Origin: an uncultured Actinomycetota bacterium
GTDB taxonomy: Bacteria > Actinomycetota > UBA4738 > HRBIN12
Direction: 5' to 3'
NCBI GenBank assembly: GCA_963762015.1
Contig: CAVXJL010000003.1
Location: 1,478-65,477, forward strand
Length of the DNA stretch: 64,000 bases
Shown here: one piece after another, positions 19,333 to 28,822 of the stretch
How positions within the stretch are numbered: position 1 is the first letter of the stretch
Layout: every line of letters starts with the position of its first letter
Position numbers and translations under genes: made by a program
The notes under the pieces: model-generated
Database searches by the model: none
What the model was told of the DNA's origin: nothing
The model's input: the letters and a program-made list of their open reading frames with translations, nothing else

Positions 19333-20306
19333 TCATCGGCAGGCGACCGAGCCACTGTCTTCGAAGGCGGGATCCGTGGGAAGCCCGACCCAGGCGTAGT
19401 CGTAGCCGTCGTCGTGGAGCGTCATCTGCAACACACCGAACGCCTTCCGCTGCACCGCGACGAGGTTCTCGGGCCGTGGCTTCTTCCCGAGCGGGTAGAG
19501 CGAGCGTCCGCCCGTGCCGACCGTGAACTGTCGGATCCCGTCTGCCTCGCGCTCGCCGTCGCGTGCTGAGGGGCCCACCGGTGATAGATGTGGTTGTGGC
19601 CGACGAGCATCACGTCCACTCCCTCACCGTCCATCAACCGCCACAGATCGACGTACATCTCGGTCTCCGATCCACCGTTCGATCCCGGATCCTCGAAGTC
19701 GACGAACCTCTGCCAGGGACGCCAATCGAACACGGGATGGTGCTGGAAGGCGAGCGTGCACTCGGCGTCGTTCCCCGCCAGGTCGGCGGCCAGCCAGTCG
19801 TACTGCGGCGTGCCCGGGCCGCAGCCGGGATCGTCGCGGCAGATGTCGGAGTTCAGCGACACGACATGCCACGCGCCGAGGTCGAACGAGTAGTACCCCT
19901 CGGGGCCGTGCGCCGCGGCGCCCCAGTAGTCGAAGTAGCCCTGTGCGCCTTCGGTCCCGTATTCATGGTTGCCGGGCGCCGGCATCGTGATCGGGTTGAG
20001 GTGACCGAACTGCCGGTCGTAGACGCGGAGGAACTCCTCGAGCTTCCCGTTGTTGTACTGCAGGTCGCCCAGGGCGAGGAACCGATCGGGCGCGAGCTCG
20101 GTGATCAGGGCCGCCACCTCATCGGAGCGGCACGCGCCCTCTCCGTCGCTCTGGGAGTAGGACTGGCACGCGATGTCACCGACGGCGGCGATCACCGGGT
20201 CGCCCGGCACCACCGCGGCAGCCGGTGTGAACGACGAGGTCGAGGGCACCGTCAGGAGGAGCGTGGAACCGGCGATCAGCGCGATACGACGGATACGGGG
20301 TGACAT
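19333..20306 (-). pseudogene. Secreted metallophosphoesterase (calcineurin-like), one frame break
   Basis: MSPRIRRIALIAGSTLLL signal peptide; motifs AVGDIAC, LGDLQYN, GNHEY and VGHNHIYHRWAPQ in the frame of ORF 19422..20990. It continues as ARDGEREADGIRQFTVGTGG..MTLHDDGYDYAWV in ORF 19333..19578. Break at ~19560. Confidence 0.8.
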
Positions 20307-20377
20307 GGGCATCCCTCCGGGGGCGTGGACGTCGCGAGAGTGAACCACGGCGCCGGCGCCCGTGTCGATGGTGTGGG

Positions 20378-20990
20378 CTACCGTCGCTGCAGCGCGAGTC
20401 GGACACCGAGCGCCATGAGCACGCCGCCCGTGACGGTCTCGATGACGGTCCTGACCGGACGGCGGCTCGACGAACGCGCTCGCCCCGTGGAGCGCCAGGG
20501 TGTACACGGTGAGCCAGACGAGCCCCATCGCGATGAAGAGCGCGGAGAGCAGCAGCAGGCGCGAGGTGAAGCCCGGGCCCGGGTCCACGAACTGCGGCAA
20601 CAGCGAGAGGAAGAACACCGCGACCTTCGGATTGAGCACGTTCGTCAGCAGACCCTGCCGGTAGGCAGCCCACGGGTCGGTGGCCTTGTCTCGTTCGCGG
20701 AAGGGAAGATCTCGTCCGGCGCCGATGATGGTCCGGAGCCCGAGGAAGATCAGGTACGCGGCGCCGGCGATCTTCACGACCGTGAATGCGTGCGACGATG
20801 CGAGGAGCACCGCGGAGAGCCCCAGAGCCGCCGCCGACGCGTGGACGAGCAACCCCGAACACGTCCCCGCCGAGGTGGCGAGCCCGGAGAGCCGGCCGCC
20901 CGAGAACGTGTTCCGCGCGACGAGGGCCATGTCCGGGCCCGGGGTGATGACCACGAGCGTGGCGACCACGACGAATCCCGCGAGATCCAC
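20378..20990 (-). pseudogene. LysE family amino-acid exporter, one frame break
   Basis: MDLAGFVVVATLVVITPGPDMALV..NVLNPKVAVFFLSLLPQF.. The expected C-terminus RPVRTVIETVTGGVLMALGVRLALQRR* is in the +1 frame (break at ~20465, stop 20378..20380). In the track the lost stop fuses this gene to the downstream phosphoesterase as one 522-aa ORF. Confidence 0.8.
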
Positions 20991-21014
20991 CGCGCGAGCG
21001 TAGCGTTCCTCGCC

Positions 21015-22233
21015 CTACGCGGCGTCCCAGGGTGGGCGCCGAAGGGGCCAGCTCCACGTCCCATCCTTCTTCGGCGGGATCGGACCGGGTCGTCCGAGGA
21101 GGAATCCCTGTCCGGCTGCCACCCCGAGGTCGCGGAGGGTCTCGAGCTCCGCTCGGGTCTCGATCCCCTCGGCGACGACCTCCATCTCGACCTCCTCCGC
21201 GAACGAAGTCAGTCGCGCGACGAGGGCGCTCTTCTGGTCGTCGGTATCGATGCCACCGACGAGGCTCCGGTCGAACTTCAAGATGTCCGGCGAGAGCTCG
21301 ACCACGTGCGCAAGGCCGGAGAAACCGCTCCCGACGTCGTCGATCGCGAGTCGCACCCCGAGGGCGCGGAGTTCGGCCAGACGCGCCCTCGTCTCCTCGT
21401 AGTCGCCGATCGGCGATCGCTCCGTGAGCTCGACCACCACGCTGTCGTGCAGGGATCGATCGCAATGCCTGTGCCAGACGCGGTTCACGGAGCGTCTCCG
21501 GAGAGATGTTCACCGAGAGATACACGTCGTCGGGGACCTCTTCGAGGTGGTGGAACGCGTGCTCCGCGGCGGCGAGCTCGAGTCGTGCCAGTTGGCCCTG
21601 ACTGGCCGCTTCCGTGAACCACGTCTCGGGCGATCGCCTGGGTTTCGTGACGAATCGGGACAGCGCTTCCACGCCGAGGACGCGGCCGTCGTCGAGATCG
21701 ACGATGGGTTGGAACACCGTGTGGAGCACGTCGCCGCGGATCGCTGCCTCGATCCTCTCCGCCGAGACGCGCGCAGGCTCCTCGACCCGGACGATGCGTC
21801 GGGTCTGCTGCTCGACCAGTCGCTCGGCAACGTCACCCAGTCGATCGACCACGATGCTCGCGCGTCCGAAGACGGACCGGTGGATCGCTCGGAGGACCTC
21901 ATCGGCCGGCTGATCCTTGCCGACGTACCCCACGGCACCTGCCTGCACCATCGACGCGACCGTTCTCGGATCCGCGCTCGCCGACAAGGCGACGATCCGG
22001 GTCTGGGGTGAGCGCCGGCGGATCTCGCGGGCGGCGTGGCTGCCGCCACCACCGGGCATCCGCACATCGAGAAGCGCGACGTCCGGCGCGTGGAGCTCGG
22101 CCAGGTGGATCGCTTCGCCGGCGTCTCGTGCGGTCCCGATGACGTCGATGTGCTGGTCCGTCGATACGAGTTGGCACATCGCCTCGAGGATCGGGGCCTC
22201 GTCGTCGGCGAGCATCAGTCGGATACGTCCCAT
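21015..22233 (-). pseudogene. Response regulator, NarL-type REC + catalytic-type EAL domain (c-di-GMP phosphodiesterase), one frame break
   Basis: REC domain (LMLADDE..DVALLDVRMPGGGG..IVALSAS) followed by EAL motifs FQPIVDL..VLGVEALSRF..YLSVNISP in ORF 20176..22233. It continues as VVVELTE..LAIDDVGSGFSGL..LKFD..VVAEGIET..QGFLLGRP in ORF 21015..21488. Break at ~21455. AAGGAG lies upstream of ATG 22233. Confidence 0.8.
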
Positions 22234-24228
22234 CCTTGCGTCTCCTTTACGTTCTCTGCGTTCCGTGGGATCTCATCGCTGGGGCGTCGATCGGTGCCGC
22301 CGCCGCCCGCGCCTTCGCGATCCGGCCCGACAGGGGGAGCACGTCGGCGACCTTCGCGTCGGTCGCCCTCGAGTGAGGGATGCGTCGGCTCCGCCTCGTC
22401 GTGGGGCAGCCAGATCTCGAGCGTCGTTCCCTCGCTCGGAAGGCTCCAGAGCCTGGACCATCCGCCGGCCATCTCGGCGCGTCCGCGGATCGCGGCGAGG
22501 CCGAGATGTCCGGGTGCGGCGACGAGCGCGTCCTGCGGGGTGAACCCCACGCCATCGTCGACGACCTGCATCAACGTGCCGCCGTCCCGCGCTTGCAGCA
22601 TCACGCGGAGGTGAGTCGCTTCCGCGTGCTTGCGAGCGTTCGCGAAGGCCTCCTGCGCGATGCGATACAGGATGAGCGAGGTCTGGACCGGAGGCTCCGT
22701 GACGAGGGCGTCGTCATCGACCGTCCAGTCGAACGACGAACTCGAGTTCTCCAGCAGATACGTGAGCGCCGACGCGAGCCCCTCCTCCTCGAGCGTGGGT
22801 GGACTGAGATCGAAGAGCAACGTGCGCATGCTCTTGATGGTGACCTTCATGACCTCGAGGGCCTCGTCGACGTCGGGCAGGTCTGGATGCTTCTTGCGGA
22901 GCAACTCGAGCCGCATCTTCATGGCCACGATCTTCTGCACCGGGTCGTCGTGGATGTCGTGAGCGATCCGGGTGCGTTCCTCCTCCGCCGCTCGCACGAC
23001 GTGCTCCAGGAGTCGGCGCCGTTGCTCGTCGATGTCTCGCAGCTCCGCGATCACCTCGCGCAGCTCTTCGGTGCGCGCCGCGACCTTCGCCTCGAGTTCC
23101 TCGTTGTGGGCGCGGAGTTGCAGCTCGAGGCCCTGGATGGTTCGGAGCTGGGACTCGCGCTCCTCCGTGAGCCACGCGTTGTGCAGCGCGAGCGCCGCGT
23201 GCTCGGCGAACTGCTCGACCATCGCCACCACCCACCGACGCATGGTCGGATGCCCGTTCCCGCGTTCCACGACCACGGCCCCGAGTCCTTGACGCTGATC
23301 GCGGAGCAACGGCACGACCAACACGTGCCGAGCATCCGGGAGGAGCGACGCCAGCCGGGGATCCGTCTCGGGGTCGATCTCGCGCAGGAGCTGGGTCGTC
23401 CGTTCCTCCCACGCCCGCGATACGGCACGGTCGACGCCGACCGCGAGGTCCGTCGGCACGTCGGGCTCGGTCCAGGCGAGGAGCTCGAGGTCGCCGTGGA
23501 GCGAGGCGAGGACGACGCCTCGTGCGAACCGGAACGTCGAGGTGAGCTCCTCGAGGAGCACGTTCGGGATGTCCGCGGACTCCGGGTCGGCGTCCATCTT
23601 CGCCACCATCGCGGAGAGCCGAGAGAGGTCGTGCTTCTGACCGCGGAGCTGGCGCTCGCTGGCAGCCGAGAACACGGCGGTCCCCAGAGCGAAGACCCAC
23701 AGGCCCGCGATCGTGAGGGTGGCTCCTTCCCGGAGCCCAGCCGCGGCGCTCGGGCTCGAGACCGGCCGCGACCCAGTCCTGCAGGACGCCGGCCCGAGCG
23801 CCCTCGATCACGAGCAGGAACAAGCAGCGTGTGCCAGAGGGCGAGCTTCAGCCCCGTCCGATAGGAACAGAGCAGCGTCACGCCCACGACATGGACGTAC
23901 GGCAGGAGCCGGATCGCATCTGCAGCTCCTCCCGTCTGCGCGATCGCCGTCGCGAGGTACAGGCCATCGAGGAGCAGCGTTCCCTGCATCACCGGGACGG
24001 CGGCGCCGCCGCCACGCCGGACGATCGCCGCCGACAACGAGCGAGAGCGCGACGAAACCGATGGTCACGGTCGAGACCGACACGGCCGACAGCGCCGCCG
24101 GTGAAGAGATCGACCGAGATGACGACACCCGCCAAGCCGAGTCGAAGGCCCAAGAGGTAGCGGGCACGCTCGGTGATCGAGAGCAGCTCGGCCGGTTCGG
24201 CCGACAGGCCTCTGCCCAGGACGCTCAT
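22215..24228 (-). pseudogene. Membrane sensor histidine kinase (TM region - GAF - HisKA_3 - HATPase_c), about 4 frame breaks in the TM region
   Basis: The cytoplasmic part is intact in ORF 22215..23675 (GAF-like, then ERTRIAHDIHDDPVQ = HisKA_3 H-box, then HATPase). The N-terminal TM helices are spread over the frames of ORFs 23989..24228, 23808..24167, 23051..24037 and 22714..23823. Breaks are at ~24100, ~24030, ~23825 and ~23760. Confidence 0.75.
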
Positions 24229-24881
24229 ACGAACTCCACCTCATCCGAGTCGATCGGAGCGAGGGCCAGCCTCGGGTCGGTCCGGTCGAACCGATCCTGG
24301 ATCGCGACGAACGCGACCGCGAGTCCGAAGAGAGCGAGCACGATCGCAAGGCTGCGCGCTACCCCTGCGAGAGCCTCACCGAAGGGGTTCTCGAACCGGT
24401 CCGCACGACCGGCGGGACGGGTCCCGGATGCCGCCGAGATCGTCGGCCCCAAAGGGTCGGCGATCCCTGCCCCGTCGGGACCCCGTCCGGCGAGGGTGCC
24501 TCTGCTGCCGCGGTCGGTCGGGTCCGGGGTGTGCGGCGGCCGGTCGCCGACCGGCGGTTCACCGTGGCTCCCACCGCCCCCATCACCGGTGGGATCGGGC
24601 AGGTCGATCGGATCGATCGGTGCGTCACCGAGGAAGTCGTGGATGCGATCGAAGACATCGTCGACCAGCGGGTCGGTGACCGGATCGATCACACCGTCGA
24701 AAGGCGTCTCGACTGCGTCGATCGTGTCGTCCACGAGACCTTCACCGGTGCTCGCTGCCTCGTCGAGCTGGCAGACGACGTCGTGGATGGGACATGATGC
24801 GTGCGCCGCCGGAGTTCCCGTGGCAGCGAGGGCGAGCGTCACCAGCGCGACCCAGGTGAGGCGACGGCTTCGCCGTCTCAC
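24225..24881 (-). CDS. Secreted, C-terminally anchored Asp/Pro-rich protein (hypothetical)
   Basis: Signal peptide (TWVALVTLALAATGTPAAHA), acidic repeats (DPVTDPLVDDVFDRIHDF..), Pro/Gly-rich spacer and C-terminal TM helix (LAIVLALFGLAVAFVAI). The stop overlaps the kinase start by 4 nt. Confidence 0.55.
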   Translation of the reverse strand: MRRRSRRLTWVALVTLALAATGTPAAHASCPIHDVVCQLDEAASTGEGLVDDTIDAVETPFDGVIDPVTDPLVDDVFDRIHDFLGDAPIDPIDLPDPTGDGGGGSHGEPPVGDRPPHTPDPTDRGSRGTLAGRGPDGAGIADPLGPTISAASGTRPAGRADRFENPFGEALAGVARSLAIVLALFGLAVAFVAIQDRFDRTDPRLALAPIDSDEVEFV

Positions 24882-24935
24882 GGGGCACCACCTTCCGGGA
24901 CCGAGAAGCTCGACGGAGCAGGACTCTCCCGCTGG

Positions 24936-26177
24936 TCATCGGCCCCCGGGGTCCGGAGCTTGACCAGCGGGTTCCCGCCAGAGCCCGGACTGCGCTCCGA
25001 GCTCCGAGATCGGGATCGGGTCCCACACGATCGGACCCTGCACCAGCTCGACACCGAGGTTCCGGAGCTCATGCAGCTGCTCCCGGGACTCGACGCCGGG
25101 AGCGATCACCCGAGCCCCGATGTCGGTCGCGCACGCGGCCACCGCAGCGACGACGGAATGGCTCGAGAAGCTCTGCCCCAGGCTCCGGACGAGCGTCGGA
25201 TCCAGCCGAGCCAGCTCCGGGGAGAGGCGAGCGAGATGCCGAAGGCTCGCGAACCCAGGGCCGGCGTCCCTCGACGCGATGCGCACCCCACGCCCACGGA
25301 GCGTCGCCACGATCCCACCCGGGTCGGCGGCCTCGAGCTCGGGCGCGCTCGTAGGCGCGAGGGGCGAGAATCCCAAGACGATCCGGGGGGCGACCGATCG
25401 CCGGATCGCACGCCGGAACCGCCCTTCGATGGCGGTCGGCTGCGTCACCTCGAATTCGAGGAACAGGTCTTCGGAGATCAGCGGCAAGGCCGAGAGGCTC
25501 GCTCGGAACGCAGCCATCTCGAGGTCGAGGAGGAGATCGGCGGCCTCGGCATCGGCCAGCCAGGTGTCGTAGGAACGGTGGGGAAGGGTCGCCACGCGCG
25601 GGCGCGCGTCGAGACCGACGATCCGGCCCGTCGCGAGGTCCGCGATCGGTTCGAACTCGGCCGTGATCACGCCGTCGAGGATCGCCTTCGCGACCGCCGT
25701 GCTCTGCTGCGTCCGCCGCGGCAGCATCGGGGACATGAGGGCGAGCTGCGGCGGCGGGTCGGCCGCAACGTAGTCCGGGTCCATCGCCCGGTGGATCGTC
25801 CTCAGGATCTTGTCCGTCGGATCGCCTTTCGGCACGTATCCGCTCGCCCCCGCACTGATCATCCCGATCACGGTGTCCGCGTCCTCGTGCGCCGAGAGTG
25901 CGACCACCTTCGTCGGCGCGCATCGTTTGGTGATCTCACGCGTCGCACGCAGCCCGCCGCCGCCGGGCATCCGCACATCGAGCAGGACGACATCGGGGCG
26001 TTCCCGCACCGTCAGTTCGATCGCGTCCTCGGCGTTGTTGGCGGCCCCGACGAAGTGGAGGGAAGGATCCGATCCGATGAGCGCGCGGAGGACGTCGACG
26101 ACCGTCTCCTCGTCGTCGGCGACCAGAACGTTGATCGGATCCGGGATCTTCTCGGTCGAGCTCTTCGCTCCGCTCAC
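24936..26177 (-). CDS. Response regulator, NarL-type REC + degenerate (probably non-catalytic) EAL-like domain
   Basis: 413-aa intact ORF. REC domain (VLVADDE..DVVLLDVRMPGGGG..VVALSAH) is paralogous to 21015..22233. The EAL-domain signature positions are replaced: EAL->DAR (IVGLDARPRV), ELTE->LGFS, DDxGxG->RDAGPG, KxD->RLD, EGVE->PGVE. Confidence 0.8.
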   Translation of the reverse strand: MSGAKSSTEKIPDPINVLVADDEETVVDVLRALIGSDPSLHFVGAANNAEDAIELTVRERPDVVLLDVRMPGGGGLRATREITKRCAPTKVVALSAHEDADTVIGMISAGASGYVPKGDPTDKILRTIHRAMDPDYVAADPPPQLALMSPMLPRRTQQSTAVAKAILDGVITAEFEPIADLATGRIVGLDARPRVATLPHRSYDTWLADAEAADLLLDLEMAAFRASLSALPLISEDLFLEFEVTQPTAIEGRFRRAIRRSVAPRIVLGFSPLAPTSAPELEAADPGGIVATLRGRGVRIASRDAGPGFASLRHLARLSPELARLDPTLVRSLGQSFSSHSVVAAVAACATDIGARVIAPGVESREQLHELRNLGVELVQGPIVWDPIPISELGAQSGLWREPAGQAPDPGGR

Positions 26178-26586
26178 GTACCCGCTCCTTCCATCCCGGC
26201 GCCGTTCCTGACGCCGATCGGGGGCCTACCTGGAACAAGGTATCGGCACCCACTTGAGCTGGGACGATGGTCCCTTCGCATCAATCCCAGGTGACCCGGC
26301 ATGACCAGCGTCCCCGCGAGGTCAACCGTCCCTCGTCCGGCCCAGGGCGCGCATCGGACCGGGGCCGAAAGACCCCCCTCGGAGCCGAACGCGTGCCGGG
26401 CTCGATCGGCGTGCGCGAGGGAGGAGCGCGTTCGTCGGCCAAGCCCACGACCACGAGATGTCCCGAGATGCAACGCCACGCGGTCCAGGTCCAGTGATAC
26501 CGAGTAGACTGACTGCAATCCTGGTCGCCTGGACCGTCGGCGCTCGTCCGACTGGCAGCCCTCCCGACCCTTGTGAAGGGCACCCG

Positions 26587-26919
26587 ATGGCGGACTTCGG
26601 AATCACCTCAGACGGTCCTCGTACATTCTTCGTGAACGGGGAACTCGACATGGCGACCGTGCCGATCATGCACATCGCGATGGTGGACGCCGTGGCTCGC
26701 GGCGGACCCATCTCGATGGACCTCACGGACCTGACGTTCCTGGACTCGACAGGGGTGGGCGCGATCCTGAAGGCCGCGAAGGAACTCCCTTTCGGTTGCA
26801 TCGTTCTCCACGGCGTTCACGACGGGGTCCGCAAGGTCACCGAGCTGATGGGCGTCGACAAAGGGGAGAACATCCACGTCATCCCCTGCACCCTCGGCGG
26901 CCTCCATCCCGCGGCCTAG
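26587..26919 (+). CDS. STAS domain protein (anti-sigma-factor antagonist family)
   Basis: Inner ATG 26587: MADFGITSDGPRTFFVNGELDMATVP..MDLTDLTFLDSTGVGAILKA..LHGVHDGVRKV (SpoIIAA-like, with the conserved DST/S-G motif). Confidence 0.75.
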   Translation: MADFGITSDGPRTFFVNGELDMATVPIMHIAMVDAVARGGPISMDLTDLTFLDSTGVGAILKAAKELPFGCIVLHGVHDGVRKVTELMGVDKGENIHVIPCTLGGLHPAA

Positions 26920-26928
26920 CACTCGCCG

Positions 26929-27144
26929 ATGAAGACGGAGCAGGCGGGGCAACGGAAGCAAGGCATCGAGCCATCGGTGCAAGACGTCCGTGATCGCGCG
27001 ATGAAGCTGGGCTACCGTCTGTCGCAGGTCGCGGGCGAACGGCGTTGGCTCCGGTACGACGTGCACTCGGGGCGGCTCGCGGGCGGCAGCGGCATGACGT
27101 GGGAATCAGTGCTGGCGTGGCTGACGCGTGAAGAGGCGAAGTAG
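26929..27144 (+). CDS. Small hypothetical protein
   Basis: 71-aa ORF immediately after the STAS gene with acceptable GC3 bias and no recognisable motif. Confidence 0.3.
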   Translation: MKTEQAGQRKQGIEPSVQDVRDRAMKLGYRLSQVAGERRWLRYDVHSGRLAGGSGMTWESVLAWLTREEAK

Positions 27145-27268
27145 GGACTCGAACACCGCATGACCGCGTGATCAGAGATGCGCGGAAGCGCAACATGCGC
27201 TAGGGTGCCACGCATGGACATCCAGACAGCAGTTCGCCGCCTTCATCAGCACCGGATCCGCGGTCGGG

Positions 27269-27877
27269 ATGCTCGCCGTCACTCTCGTGAGCATCGTGGT
27301 GATCGCCTTGGGCATGCCCGCCGCTCACGCCGCGATCAACTGCGTCGTCGGCCCAGGTGTGACGCAAACCGCGACGACCGTGACCGGAACGGATGGCAAC
27401 GACACGATCGACTGCGGCGGAGCGAACCCCGGGAAGAGGATCGTTGGTCTGGCCGGGAACGACACCATCACCGGCACCATGTTCAACGACACGATCAACG
27501 GCGGCATCGGCAACGACACGATCACGGGCGTCCGCGGCAACGACATGATCGCGGGCGGCCGCGGCAACGACACGATCACGGGGAGCCGGGGCAACGACAA
27601 CTTGAGCGGCGGTCGCGGCCTCGACACCCTCACCGGCAGTGAGGGCGGGGACATCCTGAGAGGCCGCCTCGGTGACGACACCCTGAGCGGCGGTGTCGGC
27701 AGGGATGTGCAGAACGGTGGTCCCGGCACGGACATCCTGCACGGCAACGCCGGCGACGATGACCTGCGAGGTCCTTCCAACGATCAGAGCGTGGATACCC
27801 TCAACGGCGGGGCAGGCAGCGACACCTGCCAAGGACCCGGACCGGACGGCGACACCCTCGTGGCCTGCAACCCCTAG
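27269..27877 (+). CDS. Secreted RTX-like calcium-binding repeat protein
   Basis: Signal peptide ending AAHA. About 14 tandem nonapeptide repeats of GxxGNDTIxG type ([54 protein letters not shown] ...). The true start may be ATG 27213 (MDIQTAVRR..) joined through a possible 1-nt indel in the ccc run at ~27239. Confidence 0.75.
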   Translation: MLAVTLVSIVVIALGMPAAHAAINCVVGPGVTQTATTVTGTDGNDTIDCGGANPGKRIVGLAGNDTITGTMFNDTINGGIGNDTITGVRGNDMIAGGRGNDTITGSRGNDNLSGGRGLDTLTGSEGGDILRGRLGDDTLSGGVGRDVQNGGPGTDILHGNAGDDDLRGPSNDQSVDTLNGGAGSDTCQGPGPDGDTLVACNP

Positions 27878-27927
27878 GCGCGGGTGACGGACGTCGGAGG
27901 ATCGGTCGCCAGAGGTAGGCTGGGCAT

Positions 27928-28788
27928 CTGATCACGAAGGCGCCGTTCGGCAGCACCGGTCACGAGAGCACGCGCGCCATCTTCGGTGCGGCCGCGCTCA
28001 GTCACGTGTCGCACGCGGAAGCAGAGCGGACGCTCGAGCTGCTCCTCGAGCACGGGGTGAATCACATCGACACCGCGGCCTCGTACGGTGACTCGGAGCT
28101 CAGGATCGCGCCGTGGCTCAAGCGGCATCCGGGCGCCTTCTTCGTCGCGACCAAGACGGACGCGCGTGACTACAAGGGCGCGAAGGAGGAGCTCCATCGC
28201 TCGCTCGACCGGTTGGGTGTCGACCACGTCGACCTGCTGCAGCTGCACAACCTGGTCGACGTCATCGAGTGGGAGTTCGCCCTGCGCGAGGACGGTGCGC
28301 TGGAGGCCGCGGTCGAAGCGCGCGAGGAGGGGCTCATCCGCTCCATCGGCGTCACCGGGCACGGGCTGTCGATCCCCGCGATGCACCGTCGCTCGCTCGC
28401 GCGCTTCCCCTTCGACTCGGTGCTGCTGCCGTACAACTTCCGCCAGATGCAGGACGAGCGGTATGCGGGGGAGTTCGAGGCGCTGGCCGCGACCTGCGAG
28501 AAGGGCGGGGTCGCCATGCAGACGATCAAGTCGATCGCGCTCGCGCCGTGGGACGGTCGCCCGCAGACGGCGTCGACGTGGTACGAGCCGCTCACCGATC
28601 CGGCGGACATCACGCTCGCGGTGCATTGGGTGCTCGGCCGCGAGGGCGTCTTCCTCAACACCGCCGGAGACGTGAACCTGTTGCCGCTCGTCCTGGCGGC
28701 GGCTGACGGGTTCGCCGGCGAGCGCCCGAGCGAAGAACGCATGAACGAGCTCGTGCTGCGCCACGCGCTGAGGCCGCTGTTCGTCTAG
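27928..28788 (+). CDS. Aldo/keto reductase
   Basis: The track ORF starts at GTG 28006, but the frame is open back to 27919 and encodes the conserved N-terminus ([24 protein letters not shown]). No ATG or GTG is available, only CTG 27928, so the start is uncertain. AKR motifs [25 protein letters not shown]. Confidence 0.75.
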   Translation: MITKAPFGSTGHESTRAIFGAAALSHVSHAEAERTLELLLEHGVNHIDTAASYGDSELRIAPWLKRHPGAFFVATKTDARDYKGAKEELHRSLDRLGVDHVDLLQLHNLVDVIEWEFALREDGALEAAVEAREEGLIRSIGVTGHGLSIPAMHRRSLARFPFDSVLLPYNFRQMQDERYAGEFEALAATCEKGGVAMQTIKSIALAPWDGRPQTASTWYEPLTDPADITLAVHWVLGREGVFLNTAGDVNLLPLVLAAADGFAGERPSEERMNELVLRHALRPLFV

Positions 28789-28822
28789 CGGTCCGATCGT
28801 TCATGACGCCTGCCCCTGGCTG

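Noticed and set aside
19422-20990. Single 522-aa ORF that looks like a LysE-phosphoesterase fusion protein
   Set aside because: The middle ~70 aa are junk (EPPSGQDRHRDRHGRR..). The true LysE C-terminus and its stop are in the +1 frame, and the phosphoesterase has its own RBS, start and signal peptide. The fusion is an artefact of a frame break that removes the LysE stop.
10344-24228. Programmed ribosomal frameshifting or transcriptional slippage as the explanation for the frame breaks
   Set aside because: There are too many breaks. They go in both directions and occur in unrelated housekeeping-type genes. The junctions lack a common slippery heptamer or long homopolymer. Indels, real or artefactual, are the simpler explanation.
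26178-26586. Regulatory RNA or small ORFs in the ~410-nt divergent gap between the degenerate REC-EAL gene and the STAS gene
   Set aside because: The ORFs there (26267..26497, 26301..26507, 26281..26583) are Arg/Pro-rich with poor coding statistics. I found no recognisable riboswitch or promoter consensus that I could defend.
27400-27800. Periodic 27-nt DNA repeat that might be a satellite or mobile-element repeat
   Set aside because: The periodicity is the coding repeat of the RTX-like nonapeptide protein, with in-frame GGxGNDTIx units.
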